Origin: Flaccisagitta enflata
Taxonomy: Eukaryota
Direction of reading: 5' to 3'
NCBI GenBank assembly: GCA_965153355.1
Contig: OZ231126.1
Location: 39,308,001-39,372,000 of the forward strand
DNA: 64,000 nt
This document shows, piece by piece, positions 24,671 through 39,150 of the stretch. The notes beneath the pieces are model-generated. The model saw only the letters and a list, made by a program, of their open reading frames with translations, did not search any database and had not been told where the DNA came from. How positions within the stretch are numbered: the first letter of the stretch is position 1; the number at the start of each line of letters is the position of its first letter. Made by a program: the position numbers and the translations under genes.

Positions 24671-26437
24671 TAATTCTAGTCTGATATATATATGTAATCG
24701 TGCGGAAACCTTTTTATTTCTAAGATAGTATAATCCGTTATGTCGGTCGGTCGGTTGGTCTGTCTATCCATCCCCCTTATTGCCATTCCTGTGCAGATTT
24801 TGGATTATTGCTTCTGCTTGATTATCTAAAGTCTTTTTAGTCGCGGACAAGCGACTCTATAAGAGGCTTTGTCCGTCCGTCCGTCGGTTGGTCGGTTGGT
24901 CGGTCGGTCGGTCCGTGAACACGAGTCGAAAAGTGGGGAAAACATGCATTTCCGCCCTGCCCACCCGTCCGCGACTGGTATTGGCCGTGTATCCGGCCTT
25001 GTTCATCACTGCTCCTGATCCTGGGCACCCGCATGCGACTTGGACAGCCGTGAATCCGTCTGTTAAATATTTGGGCACTCATAGATCTGAGTCCGGTAAA
25101 ACATAGCATCAGGCTGCAAAACTGACGGACATTGACAGAAAGTCGCGTCCTGCTCGTGCACCTGACTTTTAAGGTTCGTTTAGATCTTTTAGTTCATCTG
25201 GAAATGTCAATCAATGATCAAAACAAAGGTTACAGTGCCCAAATTGGGACGTTAATAAGGAAGATTCGATATTTGTCTACTGCCATCACATTATTGTCAA
25301 TTTCCACTTCCCATTACACATTGTCCCTTTTCAATTTTCAACTTTAAGCCTTTCTCTAGTCGCGGACTCACGACTCTATAAGAGGCTTTGTTCGTCGGTC
25401 TGCCCGTAGGTCATGAGCAATTACTACCTTCGCCGGGTCCTTGGTCCCAGAAAATGAGACAAAAATAAAAGAAATTCAGTTACCATAACTTTTCCTCATA
25501 CCGTATCTCGTAAGCCAGACAGAATTATCACAATGAATCTTATGGAATTGGTCTGCTTCCTACGCAAAATTCGAAATGAGAATCAAAATAGTTATCCATG
25601 CGCCCTAGTCGCTTCCTGATATATCCATGAGAGATTAATCCCTATCCTATATAAAAACTTATGCCCTCATTGCAATGCGATGCATTCATTACCATAGTTT
25701 TGAAAATTGCGACTTTATACAAATTAGCAATTTGCGCTCTCCCACAAATTCGAGACAATCGGATTGTATTTTGGCTTTTGCACCTTCTGCGCCCTATGCA
25801 TATCTGAAGTCCGACTCTCTGGCTCATAATTATGCTCCCTATCGCTAGCCTGTCAATAGCCTCAGTAATTCCAGCCTTCCATTTAGTTCCCATGCCATCC
25901 CACGAAACCAGACCTGCCCACGAACCTATTTGAGGCTAAAACAAATGGACTTTTTGGACACGAGGTTTCATGTATGATAACGAATTTTATTCAGTTTGAA
26001 AAAAGAAAAAAAAGACAAAAAATGAGTAAGCGAACGAGAAAACACTAAGGTTTTGTCTGCCTGTCTGTCTTTCTCTATTGGCTAATCAATGTCTGTCTTT
26101 GTCTGTTTCTGTCAGTCAAATGAGATTTTCGGACAAAGGAATAATATCACATTGGATTTACAACCCGCGACATCTACGGACAAAAGAAGCATTGGCGAGT
26201 GAAATAACGCCGGATACACAACTACCCGGCTACCCCAGTCGCTTGCGAATGGACATGAGACAGGGCCATATTTGAGCGAGTAGCATTGAGGCCAAAGACC
26301 TCAAAAAACCAAAAATAGTAAAGTGTAACCGATGGACAAACAGACTGACGGACCCACGGACCAAGGTTTAGTCATGTAGCACGCAACTAATAATTGAGCG
26401 ATAGCACTTATGCTCCCGTTTCATGCAGATACACCAT

Positions 26438-26948
26438 TCGGATGCTTCACATACCAAAAGTTGGTTATTTCTTTTCACCCTTTTTATCAAATGTAGAGTG
26501 GTATATTTTAGGACCCATACAATTTTTCTTTTATCAAAAATTGTTTATCTTCCGTTTTTTAGAAAATTGTTTTTGAGGACCTAATTTGCATAATGCATTG
26601 AGATAAAACGATATGCTGACATTCTTTGAATTAGCTTTTATCAATTTTTACTCTTCAAAGAATTGTTGATCTGCCTCTTCATAAGTTCTTTCATATCTTA
26701 TGATCTGATATTCTAATTTATCTTTAAAATATGATTTTCTTAAATGAATTATTGCTCTTTTGGTACCAGAACTAAACAGGATTTTGCTGAATTCTGGGAA
26801 ATCTGTGGAAACTTTAAGGCCAAAACAAAAACGGAAGATGAAGGAATTTTTAAAAAAGGAAAACGATCATCTTCATGATTTTTGTTCCTCCATATTCCCC
26901 CAGTAGGGTGACAGGATACTCCCAACTTTTGTTATATGAAGCACCCAA
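26438..26948. mobile_element. Mutator-like MITE, copy 1
   Basis: TIR of about 27 bp (TCGGATGCTTCACATACCAAAAGTTGG / CCAACTTTTGTTATATGAAGCACCCAA) and perfect 9-bp TSD ATACACCAT. Confidence 0.85.
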
Positions 26949-27959
26949 ATACACCATACAGTCAAAGGTAGGAGATGCTACAGGTGTTCCTGAAGGTAAG
27001 GTAAAGAAATGTTAGGACCTGGTATCTTTTCCAATATGAATAGGCCTTGTTCTGGAAAGGTCCAACACGATCTGCTTGATGCTTCTTCAGATAATTCACC
27101 TCCTGAATTGGATTGTGATATACGCATTAATATTGTCGATAGTATTGTCGCATTAAGCTTGAATCCCGATTCTATCCTCTAAGGGTGTGGTTTCTTAATG
27201 TTACCCTCGGGTGATTTGTTGCACCCTCGGGTGATTTGTTGAATTTTGGTTAAACAGGTAACAATCATTGCCCTAAACTACTTTTGGTAAGCAGTTTGCT
27301 TTTGGGTAAATAAGAAAGACAGTTTTATGGAAAACTAGAAGTGGTGCGCGTATTAACTGGTCAGTGAGGGTTCACAAGGCCCAGTTCCATGTATTTTAGT
27401 TTGGATTTAGTGAGGGATATTGTTCCACCTATCATAATTTAAACCTTACACTCACATACTATGAAGTAATTACCAGATCGCAGGTTGGTCTATAAACTCG
27501 TCTACCTTGATATTGTATCATATTGATGGGAAAACTAAGATTTCCAACCTCTAATCGCCCGTGGTGTCTTGCACTCATCAAATTCTCCATAAACCTTTGG
27601 TCCATTGAATTAGCAGTTGTTGTCGTAAATTCAAATTGCAGCTCCCGAATGCTTGATCTTAATAATCGATGCAACTGCAACTGGATTGCAAAATCATATT
27701 TAATAAATATGATGCTTATTGGCGCTTTTAGTCGCGTACTATACTTGAAAAAGCCACTTTTTTGGTCAGTCCGTCGCGTCGGTCCGTTGGTCTGTTGGTC
27801 GGTCGCGTCAGTCCGTTGGTCCGTCGGTCCATCTCAAAGTCGTCGTTGAGGTATTTTTTTTGGTGTCGATTACATTTTTTGATATTAGACATGGAGGTAA
27901 AGACTGCCGATTCAAAACATTTGGAAAATCTAAGTGTGTCTGCCTGTCTGTCTGTTCGA

Positions 27960-28286
27960 TAGGGCGGCTACCTGGAGGGTCAAATGTGGTCAAATTTCAG
28001 AACGCCTCAGCCAACTAACCATACACTCTACGTCATATTCAAAAAGGAATTGAAACAAGCGGAGATCGGTATCTGGAAAGAAAACCCGCACGGCAACACT
28101 ATAGAGTTACAATGGGCGTAAAATTGCTTTCATATACTTTACCATTGTGTTGCCGTGCGGGTTTCTTGATCAAATACCGACCTCTGCTTGTCTGATTTAC
28201 TGCCCAAATGCCGCTTAGAATGTATGGTTAGATGGCGGAGGAATTTTAAATTTTGAGCCAAATTCACCCTTCAGGTAACCAGCCTA
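27960..28286. mobile_element. Foldback MITE with TAG...CTA termini
   Basis: TAGGGCGGCTACCTGGAGGGT / ACCCTTCAGGTAACCAGCCTA; inner perfect inverted repeat AAACCCGCACGGCAACAC. Confidence 0.75.
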
Positions 28287-28552
28287 CTGTCCGACCTCTT
28301 CTGTAAATGCTGACGCACGCGACTTAGGTCTAATGCTTGATCTGTTGACAAAACATACCCTGTGTTAAGCAATCAAGACTTTATATATTTGATATACGAT
28401 ACCGGTCATGTATGTGCGGCCAGAGGCAGATATACACATCTTCACTCCCGCAACTTTACCAACAGAATCCACAACAAAAGACAATCCTTTTCTTACATAC
28501 GTGTCAGTCGCAAAGTTTCAATGCACACAAGTGTAAAATATCTGTCTGAAAA

Positions 28553-28888
<336 letters not shown>

Positions 28889-29143
28889 ATTCATATGTAC
28901 ATCGAAACTTTATCACCGTCAACGAGATCCCTATTTCTTTTCCACATCAAAATTCCTGCAGCATTGGAAAACTCCATGGCGTTGTTTTCAGCATCAATGA
29001 CATATGCGGTATTGTTGTGTTAATATTGCATACTCCATCCTTATGAGGACCAGCGTCGAGCGACTCGTCATTCCTCTTGATTGATCTAGATACCAAAAAC
29101 CAAGTGATCCAAGGTTACAATATTGTTGTGGATGGGGGGAGGG

Positions 29144-29657
29144 TTGGGTGCTTCACATAGCAAAAGTTGCTTATTTCTTTTCATCCTCTTTACCTAATGT
29201 GGAGTGGCTAATTTTAGGACCCTTACCATTTTTCTTTTATCAAAAATTGTTCATCTTCCATTTTTTAGAAAATTGTTTTTGAGAGCCTAATTTGTATATT
29301 GCAGTGGGATAAAAAGTATGCTAATCTTCTTTGAATTAGCTTTTAAATATTTCTTCTCTTAAGAGAATTGTTAATTTGCATTTTCACAAGCTCTTACATT
29401 ACTTATGCTCTGATATCTTAATTTATTTTCACAAAAATCATGATCTTCTAAAACTAACAATTGTTCCTTTTGTAACAAGACTACACAGGATTTTGCTGAA
29501 CTCTGGGAAATCTGAGTAAACTTTAAGGCCAAAACAAAAACGGAAGATGAAGGAATTTTGAAAAAAGGAAAACGGTCATCTTCATGATTTTTTTCACTCC
29601 ATGTTGGGTTAGCGGGACGAGAAGAAAATCAAATCTTTTGCTATACGAAGCATGCAA
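29144..29657. mobile_element. Mutator-like MITE, copy 2, inserted into a decayed HINE
   Basis: Colinear with 26438-26948. TIR TTGGGTGCTTCACATAGCAAAAG and 9-bp TSD GGGGGAGGG (29135-29143, 29658-29666). Confidence 0.85.
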
Positions 29658-31637
29658 GGGGGAGGGGGACAAGGGCTGGTATTCACTTTGGATTGACTGA
29701 CGGACATACAATGTCATGATTGCTAATAAAATGTTTTGATTGCTCTACTATATATAGTAATGTATATTATCCAAAGCTACTTTTAAAATCACTTGATATT
29801 CAAACAGACCATTCCGATATTCTCCCTTTCTTCATTTTTTTCTTTCTTTTGTTTTTCTCTTTTTATTCCTTCTCTTTTCTGCCCTTCTTAAATTCTAGTT
29901 GCAGACACGCAACTGTATAAGAGACTGTCCGTCCGTCCATCAGCATGAGTGGAAAAGTGCAAAAATGAGCGTTTTGGAAGCTTTTTGTGTATGTCTGTGT
30001 TTGGAGGGGGTTGAGTGGGGTATTGGATGTGGATGGGGGTTGGCCGCTCCTGCCCAACCGTCCACAACGATATTGTGACCCAGCATCAGTTGTTTTAATT
30101 CCACATCTCTCTTCTCCTTTAGGATGTGTTTCTTTTGACGATAACAATCAAGATCATCCCCGTTAATAACCCTTACGGCATGAACGCATTCATAAATTAC
30201 AACCCACCCACAACATGTGCATTGAGCAATGAGCAAGCCTGAGAATAAAGCAAGCGACGGAAGTGAGCATAGTGCTGCAGAGCTCTGCAGAGCCAGTGAG
30301 CGGAGTGGGCAAACAAACGGGGAACGACTGATTGAGCTGTTTGAAGATTTAAACGCTATCATCTGCACGTAGTAACAGGCCCTTAATTCATGGGTTCATT
30401 AATTTGTTTGATTGTTCATTCGTAACAATCTCTATCATCGTTTCACCACTGCCAGTGTTTAGACTTTGACTAAATATTCTTATTACCTTCCGTTGTTGTT
30501 TGCGCTGAACAATGTTCCACTGTGAACATGTCACCTTTGTACATGGTGTCTCTGACGCAGATGGTCGATGAAGACGCTAAGGATGTATGTGTTATTGCTC
30601 CTGTTAACGTCCATAGTGAAAATTTAATAGTTGATATAAAAGACCAATAGGGTTATTAATTTCTGGTAGGCGATAATCTGCAGGTTATTGCCACTTACGT
30701 GAAATAACCACGGTGAATAATTTCAAGAATGCCATCAGAAGTCGTACATATCATTAATTGAGTTACAAGTGGCTGTCCCTGTTCGTAGTAAAAAAAAAAA
30801 TCTCTTCCGAGAAGGAAATTTTCGTGTTGAGAGAAACTTCCGCTGACAATTTTCAGTACGGCTCAGTTGTACTCACATAGTGGACCGAAAGAGAAAATTG
30901 GGAATGCAATACGAAAACTTTTCAACAGGATTCTGACGGTTTTCAGGTGCGACAAAGCACCTCTATAACTGGCAGTGTCCGTCGATTGGTCTGTTGGTCG
31001 GTCGGGCAACGCATTCGTTCGACGATCCAAATGTCGCACCTTATTGGCCTACTTGGCCTTGTTTTTCCTCATTTCTCTTCTCATATATTATCTTGTATTG
31101 AGAGAGGACGCATCTATTGAAGATCTCTTGGCCTTGTTCATTTGAACTTCTCCTTCGAGTTCTAAAAATCGATATGTAGAACTTGAGAAGAAAGTTGTTT
31201 TTCTTTCAAACCATCGCGACAAAGTGGGAAAAATTGAACAAGGCCAATCTAGGTGCGCCGGATGGATCATTAAAGCTTTGCGTGACCGACCGACCAACAG
31301 ACACGACCGGACATAGATTCGCGTTGGCGCGCCTAAAAATAGGGAGAGAGAGAAAATAAAAAAATAGAAGAAAAGGAGAACAAGACCCAGTAGGCCAAAA
31401 GGTGCGACGTGTGGATCGTCGAACGAATGCGTTACCCAACAGACCGACAGACCAACGGACACAGCCAGTTATAGAGGTGCTTTGTCGCACCTAAAAAGTG
31501 GAGAAGAAGTAAAAGAAAGGGGGAAAAATTGTGGCGCTCTGTTGTTGATTGTGACAACTTTTAGAGAGTTAATCGATTTGAGTTGCCAATTCTTCACTTG
31601 GCAAGTAAATTCTTCACTTGAGATGAACACGACTTAC

Positions 31638-32070
31638 AAACGTCAACACGCTTGTAAACACAGGCTAATTTTTAAAACTGGACGGATACTATTGTAGCCA
31701 TTTTGGCGTTTCTCGTGATTTGGTCCATTCACTTGTAATGTAATTTTTTTGAAAATGAAGAGTTTTTTTATAAAACGATAGACTTTTGTTGGCAAGGTGA
31801 ACAGACAGGCCGACCGTCGGACCGGCATTTAAAACTTCAAAGCTTTGAGATGAGAGTGCTCCTACAACATTCAGCCTCTTCTTAAAGGCAAACATTTTGT
31901 CCATTGACTTGTCCTTAAGACTAATATCTGTGTCAATTCCTTTGGGCAAACACTTCTCCAGCTTCTATTCCAATGACTCGTCCTTGGGGCGAACGACGAA
32001 GTCACTTTCGAAAGACGAACAACGTCAAATCTTTACCCTTTTGAGCGAAACTACACCGCTCCTTCTGTCG
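31638..32070 (-). other. Candidate non-coding first exon of the minus-strand gene (5' boundary approximate)
   Basis: Unique-looking sequence directly downstream of a CpG-rich block, ending in donor TTT|GTAAGT at 31637. Contains only short closed ORFs. Confidence 0.35.
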
Positions 32071-32540
32071 CGCGAGGTGACTTATGCCTCGCAGCGAAGA
32101 CACTAAATCGCGCCAGACGTCTCTTGAGCAAACTACGTCATTGCGAGTTCCGGCGACGAGAAAAGACGAGACGAGTCTCACTTCCTGGGCAATGTAATCG
32201 AAGACGGCGCTTCATTGTTTACGCGCTGAAGTGCTGAAGTGCTGAAGTGCTGACGCACTGTCGCGGTGACGCACTTTCGCGCACTAGGAGAGCCATTGAT
32301 GACTTTATCGTTTACGTCAACGCGAGCGTAATTGAAGACGGGCTACAATTGTGAACGTCAACGCGAGCGATATTGAAGGCGCGCCACATTTTTTTTGCGT
32401 CACCGTTGATAGTGTTCGTTGGTCGCTCCATCATTTCCTTTCTCGTGACTGACGTCAATCTGTTGAAAGAAGGGGGGGGTGAACGATGAAAAAATAGGGA
32501 ATAAAAAGAGTAATGAATGGAATTTCCGACGCGCATCGTT
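32050..32540. promoter_or_regulatory. CpG-rich promoter-like region
   Basis: High local CpG density. Palindromic CRE TGACGTCA at 32450-32457, ETS-like CACTTCC at 32179-32185, direct repeat ACGTCAACGCGAGCG at 32314 and 32355, (GCTGAAGT)x3 at 32225. Confidence 0.5.
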
Positions 32541-33150
32541 CAACAATGATTCCTCAAAAGCAGGCGTGTTCATACATGTAGTCGCATATCCCCCCCCCCA
32601 GGATTTGAAAATGGGGAAGGGAATCAGAGGGTGAAAAACAGAGGGAAGAAAGTTAGAGACGATTTAACACTTGCGGCAGTGCTAAAAAGTAACATTCAGT
32701 TATATAATTTAAATCTAGTTATATTTGAGTGGATACTACGTTAAATGATATATTACGTTTTAGAAGGAAACTTATATGACTACATGGGGAAGAAAACTAA
32801 AGGACTAAAGGGAGGGGGGTGGAAGAAATGAAAAGCCCTGCAACTGTACTATACACCCCTGTTCATCAGACATCTGTCATAGTCGCGTCAGAATTTCCGT
32901 TGTTCCGTTTGTCATTTAACATGTTTTACGTGACCACTTTGAGTGCAAGACTGCGAACAGGTCAGCGAGTTCGGTTGCCTCTAAAGTTGCGAGAGTCAGA
33001 AAGTCAGAAACACGCATAATTATCAGGTGTTTTCTTGTGGTCTAATTATCTCAGTTATACCCTTTTTAAAATGACACAGAACCTCCTGGAAGACTCATGG
33101 TGTTTTCTGAGAAAACTATGTACAAAGGATAGTTCTTAGTTGTGATTCAT

Positions 33151-33181
<31 letters not shown>

Positions 33182-35328
33182 AGCATGAGCGAGTATACGA
33201 TTGCTTCGAATTACAAATGTAAGCGGCGCTTGAACGTCCATCCTTTGAGACAAAGTTAGAAGGGTAACATATGACAGTCGCTGCAATTGCTTGCTCGAGG
33301 ACAGAGTCAACATATTCAAAGCTTAGTGAGAAGACTCCTTGAGAAAACGATGATTATCAGATTAGGCTTTCAATATGTTAATGCTGTCCTTTTACTTCCG
33401 CCCAAATGGATCATCAAATCGATGCTCATTGCATTGGAAACATCTTTCGATATTTGCAATTGTTAATTATCGGCTTGCTTAGTTGCTTGTGACTTGATAA
33501 TCGCGCTTGCTCAACCACCTCACCAACTGTCACTCATTCTTCCATGCGATGATTGTCCTATAATATTGATGCTTGCTCAGCGTTTGTTAACTCGTGCGTT
33601 TATTGCCTTGGAAAGCTACCTCTTTTTGAAAGTGAGTGAGAATTTGAGAATAGAAACTCGACATCCGTTGATCACATGACGCCTCGCAACAAAAGTCATG
33701 CCCTGCAATATCTCGTAACTTTACTCTTAACTCTTGTCCTGTACTGCTAAACAACCAAAATCACGCCTTGCTTCGCCACGCAACACCATAATTCTTGCCC
33801 TGTGCAGTCACTTACTCATTCACTCACTGCTGCATCACTGCGGCGCCTTTGCACCAACACTTTTTAGTTGCGGACACGCAACTCTATGGCTAATGTCACA
33901 ATATCTTTTCGACGCGAGAACCCGACTCACCACCACATTAACAGTGTTACCGCAATGTCTATTGCATTGTGACAAGTTTCTATAGTTGGATGACCTCCCT
34001 AACTACCCGGATTACCTTGCCAAACCATTTTTTGTGACTACCCCTACCCCTAGGGGGCCTAAAAATTAGGTCAAATTGGCCACATTGGCATGTCCGGATT
34101 TTGTCCGGGCAAGCAAATAACAAGCAAAACCTATCAAAAAATAGATTATCTGATCATTTCTCAGCTTTTAATCAGTTATCATCAATCCAATGTGATGTAC
34201 AAAAAATTTCATCCTACTGCGCAAATGATAAGTTGTTCAATAATTGTATTATCATCAAATTTTGATCCTACCAATTTTTTTGCTATTTCATGGCAAAATC
34301 TCAGTATGCCTATTATCTTTTTCTAAAACTCTATAAATTCTCAAAGTTAATCACTTTTCAGGTTTCTACCTAATAGAGGACTACTTGAAGGACATACGCT
34401 CCAAATTTCATGCCACTGTGACACCCCAATCCCCCATAATGACACTTTTCTTCAAGCGTGATTATTCCGCACACCCCCCCAGCTCTTCTGTCACGCTCAT
34501 GTCACGCTTTAAGTCTGTCACTGTCACGGCATTGTGAAACTGATGATGGAAATTTGGATAACACGATGAGAAAGAGCATGAAATTTTGTATTTACACTGA
34601 AAATTTCAGGTCTTAACTCCCAGGCATTCAGCCATAATGAAATTTTCAATGTGATTGGTCAGTAAATTGTTGCAGAATAATCACGCTTCAAGATGAATCT
34701 TCGTAATTAATTCTTTGTTATCGACGCATGTATGCACTTACAGCAAAATGGTAAACCAAAAAAATCATGAAATGCCCATATCTTGGAAACCCTTTGAGAG
34801 AGACGAAAGATTTTTTGCATGGATCAATACTGTACTGGAACTATTACGAACAGAGCATTTGGTGCATCTGGGACACATCTAACCAACCCAACCGGCCCAA
34901 CCAGCCTACCACCCAAAAATTTTTAAAAATGGCATAACTTCTAAGATATTTGTCCGATTTGGCTGAAATTTTGCACAGTGGTTCTTTCAGAGAATGCCTA
35001 CTTAAATTAACCGTTGCCGAAAGATTCAGTAAATTTTTGTCAACTGGCCCAACCAGCCAAAAAAGCTGCTTATAGAGAATTTTCAAAAAAAATTGAAATC
35101 TCAATTTTTTTCAGCAGAATCAGGTCTGATTGAATTCTTGAACTGTGATTTAGTAAAATATTCCCATTTTTTTGGTTTTGCTGACTTTAACAACTCAATT
35201 TTTGCTTATTTTCAATCATTATTTGTTGCATTTTAGCCTAATTTACATGAAAATCAATGATCAGTAACAAAATTCATTTTTTGAACCATGTTCATATGAC
35301 ACACTGAAAGTAAATCAGGAAGAGTTTA

Positions 35329-35880
35329 CCCGGAGGACAAAGTTACCAATCGCTTTACCATTTTTGCTTCGATCCATGATTATGTTATTATCTCAAAAAT
35401 TAGATATGCATACATATGTAAGGAAACCAATCTGTTGCTGTCAAATGACTGAAATGCAAAAAAACGAAGGTAACTTGCTTTTGATGTGAAAAAAAAACAG
35501 TAAGAAAAATGATAACAATCATTTCAACAACTGCTCATTGAAAATTTTAAATTTGCATTGGAAATCAAAAAATCAACAAATTAAGAACATAGCGCGCTCA
35601 GTTAATGAGTTAGGAATCGCGCTATGTTCTTGTTTTGTTGGTATTTTGATTTTCTATGCAAATTTAAAATTTTCAATGGACCATGGTACATTGACAGAGC
35701 AAGTTTTTTATTCTATTTCGCTTGTTTTTTTCAGCTGTAAAACAAAGTATTTGAGATTAATACTGCCATATGCAAGTTATTTTATGCAAAATATGTATGT
35801 TGACAGTTTGATTGAAAACATCAAGGCAAAATTTTTCATCAAATTCCATTTTATAAAATTCATGATTCATCTAGCTCGGG
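35329..35880. mobile_element. Degenerate foldback element with a well-preserved central palindrome
   Basis: Core inverted repeat at 35536-35678. TA-CCCGG and CTCGGG-TA lie almost equidistant from the same centre. Confidence 0.5.
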
Positions 35881-36720
35881 TAGCAAATTGGATGATAATC
35901 TTCAGTGCGTCATATTGACATAAGCTATCTGATTATGAATGTTTTTGTCAAATTTTCTTTATTTTGAAATTGACCTATTTGGCCATCTTTCAAAAAGGAG
36001 ATTATAGAAACAGCCCTATAAGAGGCTTTGTCCATCCGTCCGTCCGTCCGTCCATTGGTAATGATCGAGTCAAAAAGTGGGAAAACCAGCGTTTTGGATA
36101 ATTCTTGTGTATGCATGTGTGTGGGGGATGGGGATAGGGGTTTGGATGGGGGTTGGATGCCCCTGCCCACCCATCCGCAACGATATTGTGACCCCGCGTC
36201 ACTTGTTACTTATTAATTCACATATCAGGCCTCGTTACCTATTGGCTCACTGCAAAAACCGTACCCAATCACACGCGACCAACTCGTGTCGTGTCGTGTC
36301 CCGCCTTATTGCATTATGACAAGGTGCCGGCGAAGGGGCAAAAATAGGGGTTCAGAGGGAGCAAAAATAAAAATTTTGTATACAGTCAAAGCTATAGTTG
36401 TAAATGGTAAAATGATGTATTAGAACGACGAAAAAACAAAAATTTATGCAAAATCTGGGTTGCATATGTGCAAAATGATGATTTTTCAGATTGTATGAGG
36501 GTGATAAGGAATCATCATTTTTTCTGCCTTTATTTCTTAGTTTTATTGATGCTATACCGGTTTTATTTAATAAAGAATGTCACAGACAAACTATTTTATC
36601 AAAAGAATGGTCTTTGTCTCCAGCTCTGTTTTCATGATTTTGACCAATTTGTTTCATGAAGATTGAGAAAAAATTTAAGGAAAATGAAACATTTCGCTTG
36701 CTCTTTTCTTTTTATTTTTC

Positions 36721-36960
36721 CTTCATCTTCTTCATCTTCTTCATCTTCTTCATCTTCTTCATCTTCTTCATCTCCTTCTTCTTCTTCTTCTTCTTCTTCT
36801 TCTTCTTCTTCTTCTTCTTCTTCTTCTTCTTCTTCTTCATCTTCTTCATCTTCTTCATCCTCTGCTTTCATCCTCTTCTTCATCATCCTCTTCTTCTTCA
36901 TCCTCTTCATCTTCTTCTTCATCTTCTCCTTCTTTTTCATATTCTGTACTACTTCTTCTT
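36721..36960. repeat. (CTT)n/(CTTCAT)n microsatellite
   Basis: Directly visible. Confidence 0.95.
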
Positions 36961-37942
36961 TTTAGATGCGTCTGTCAGGAACGCATCTCTATAAGAGGGT
37001 CTGTCCGTCGGTTCATCTGTTGGTTCGTTTGTCAGTCTGTCGGTGTGTCTGTTACGCTTCCTTAAAAATCACAGTTTTCAGCGCTTTCAACTGCGGCGAT
37101 GTTACATATCAAACCGAACACTCTTAGGGACGCTTTTAGTCTGAGGTCATTTATCTGTCTGTCCGTCCATCTATCTGTCCCTCCATTTATCTGATATGTC
37201 TATCGCCAAAGTCAATACACGCAGAGACACGGTCAGGACGCAAAGTTGCCCGCTCAGGTTTGTTATTCTCATTTGCTTTTTTGGCCCATCTCATCTGCCT
37301 TCACTCCACTCTCTCCCCTTTCTTCTTTTCCTTCCTTCCACCCCCTTCTCCTCATCTTCTTCTTCCTCTTCTTATTCTTCTACTTCTTCTTCTACTTCTA
37401 CTTTTACTTCTTTTTTTGAGGGGGGGAGGGCAGCGACCCTGGAGGGCCCGATGACCTATGATGCCACACAGCAATTTTTTTCTGTTTTCTGTCATAGTCC
37501 CTTCCCTCATAATCAAGCCTCGAATAAGCCTTCCCTGTCACCCCTGCCCAAGCAATCGCAGGAAATTCCGGCGAACCGATTTTGTTTAGTTGGCGAGAAG
37601 ACTTGCAACGCCATAAAGGGATCAACCAGAAAAGTGAAAACTAACGACCTCTCTGAGGCTGTGTCGAAAACTAACCAAAGATTTAAAGAGAAACCAAAAC
37701 AAATGCACAAAAAAGCGTCAAAACGCGGAGTCATTTTTCACTATTAACTGCGCCGATAAAAAGACAAAAGGGAGGAAATCAGAAACCAATCCGCTGAAGT
37801 GCTTTTAAAAACCAGAATGCTACATTTTCAGTTGCGAACACGCAATTATATAAAAGGCTATGTCCGTCGCGTCCATCTGGCAGTTGGTCCATTGGTTCGG
37901 CATGCTCGAGGCAAAAAACGCGCCTGATGGTGCTGTAGTTGT

Positions 37943-38033
<91 letters not shown>

Positions 38034-38264
38034 AGGGGGGAGAGAACGGGGTTGGACGCCCCTGCCCACCTGTCCGCAACGATATTGTCACATGTTTCTT
38101 CTAGTTTATCTGGAGTGCCATGCTCAAACAGAGTGCCACCAGCGCCGTATGGGAATCTATGATTTTTCGGATGCCACCTCCTATTTGTTTCACAACAACT
38201 TCCTCGTGTCTCAATCAATCTAGCTAGTGATTTTTTTGTCTCTATATGTATAAGTATGCATCAG

Positions 38265-38342
<78 letters not shown>

Positions 38343-39108
38343 CTTTCTCTCTCTTTCTCTCTCTCAGGGGTGTGTGTCCCAACAAGAGGCCCCCGTGGCG
38401 GCGCCGGCGGCCCGTTGCCAGACGGCCCTGAGTGCCACTGTTTGAAAACTGGAGTGCCGCAGATAAACAACTGAAGTGCCTCACAATACCGACTGTGGTG
38501 CCATACTTAGAAAATGGGAATGTCATTAGATACAATAAATTATGAACCACGATCAAACAATCTTGAATGAAGAAACATTTTTATTCCCAATCAGAGAGCC
38601 AAACCTAAACTGTCCAAATGTGTCGGACAATGTATTATTGTGAAAAGACCAAAGTGGCCTGACGACATGACGCCCTCCCGACCATAAGCGTTCTTCTTTT
38701 CAAAGTCGAGAACGACTGCCAATATAACTTTATAGTATACAATAGGAAAGATTTGACGTGAGAGCGTGAGAGAAAGAAACGGGAATCCTCAACGCAAGGA
38801 TGGCAAGGATGAGAAGAGAGATGACATGTGATAAATGACAAAATGGGAAGGAAGCGTGCAGTAAATGATATGCGAAATCCGTAGAAACGAAGTGTTGAGT
38901 GACGGCTGACGAAAATGACAACAAATAAGAGTTAATGATTCGTGCATCTCTCATCAACGATCTAAAGGGATAAAAACAACAAAACGTCATTTCCATCTGA
39001 GGGCGGAGGATTTTTCTTGCCCTGCGCTGCACCTCCCACTCAAACTGACACTATAGTCAACGCCCTTTGCCTTAAACTCCAGAAATCCCTCAATCAAAGA
39101 CCAGCGCG

Positions 39109-39150
<42 letters not shown>

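Noticed and set aside
31689..31949. 86-aa minus-strand ORF as an independent gene
   Set aside because: Non-ATG start, bounded by stops, with no recognisable motif. It is better explained as part of a non-coding first exon.
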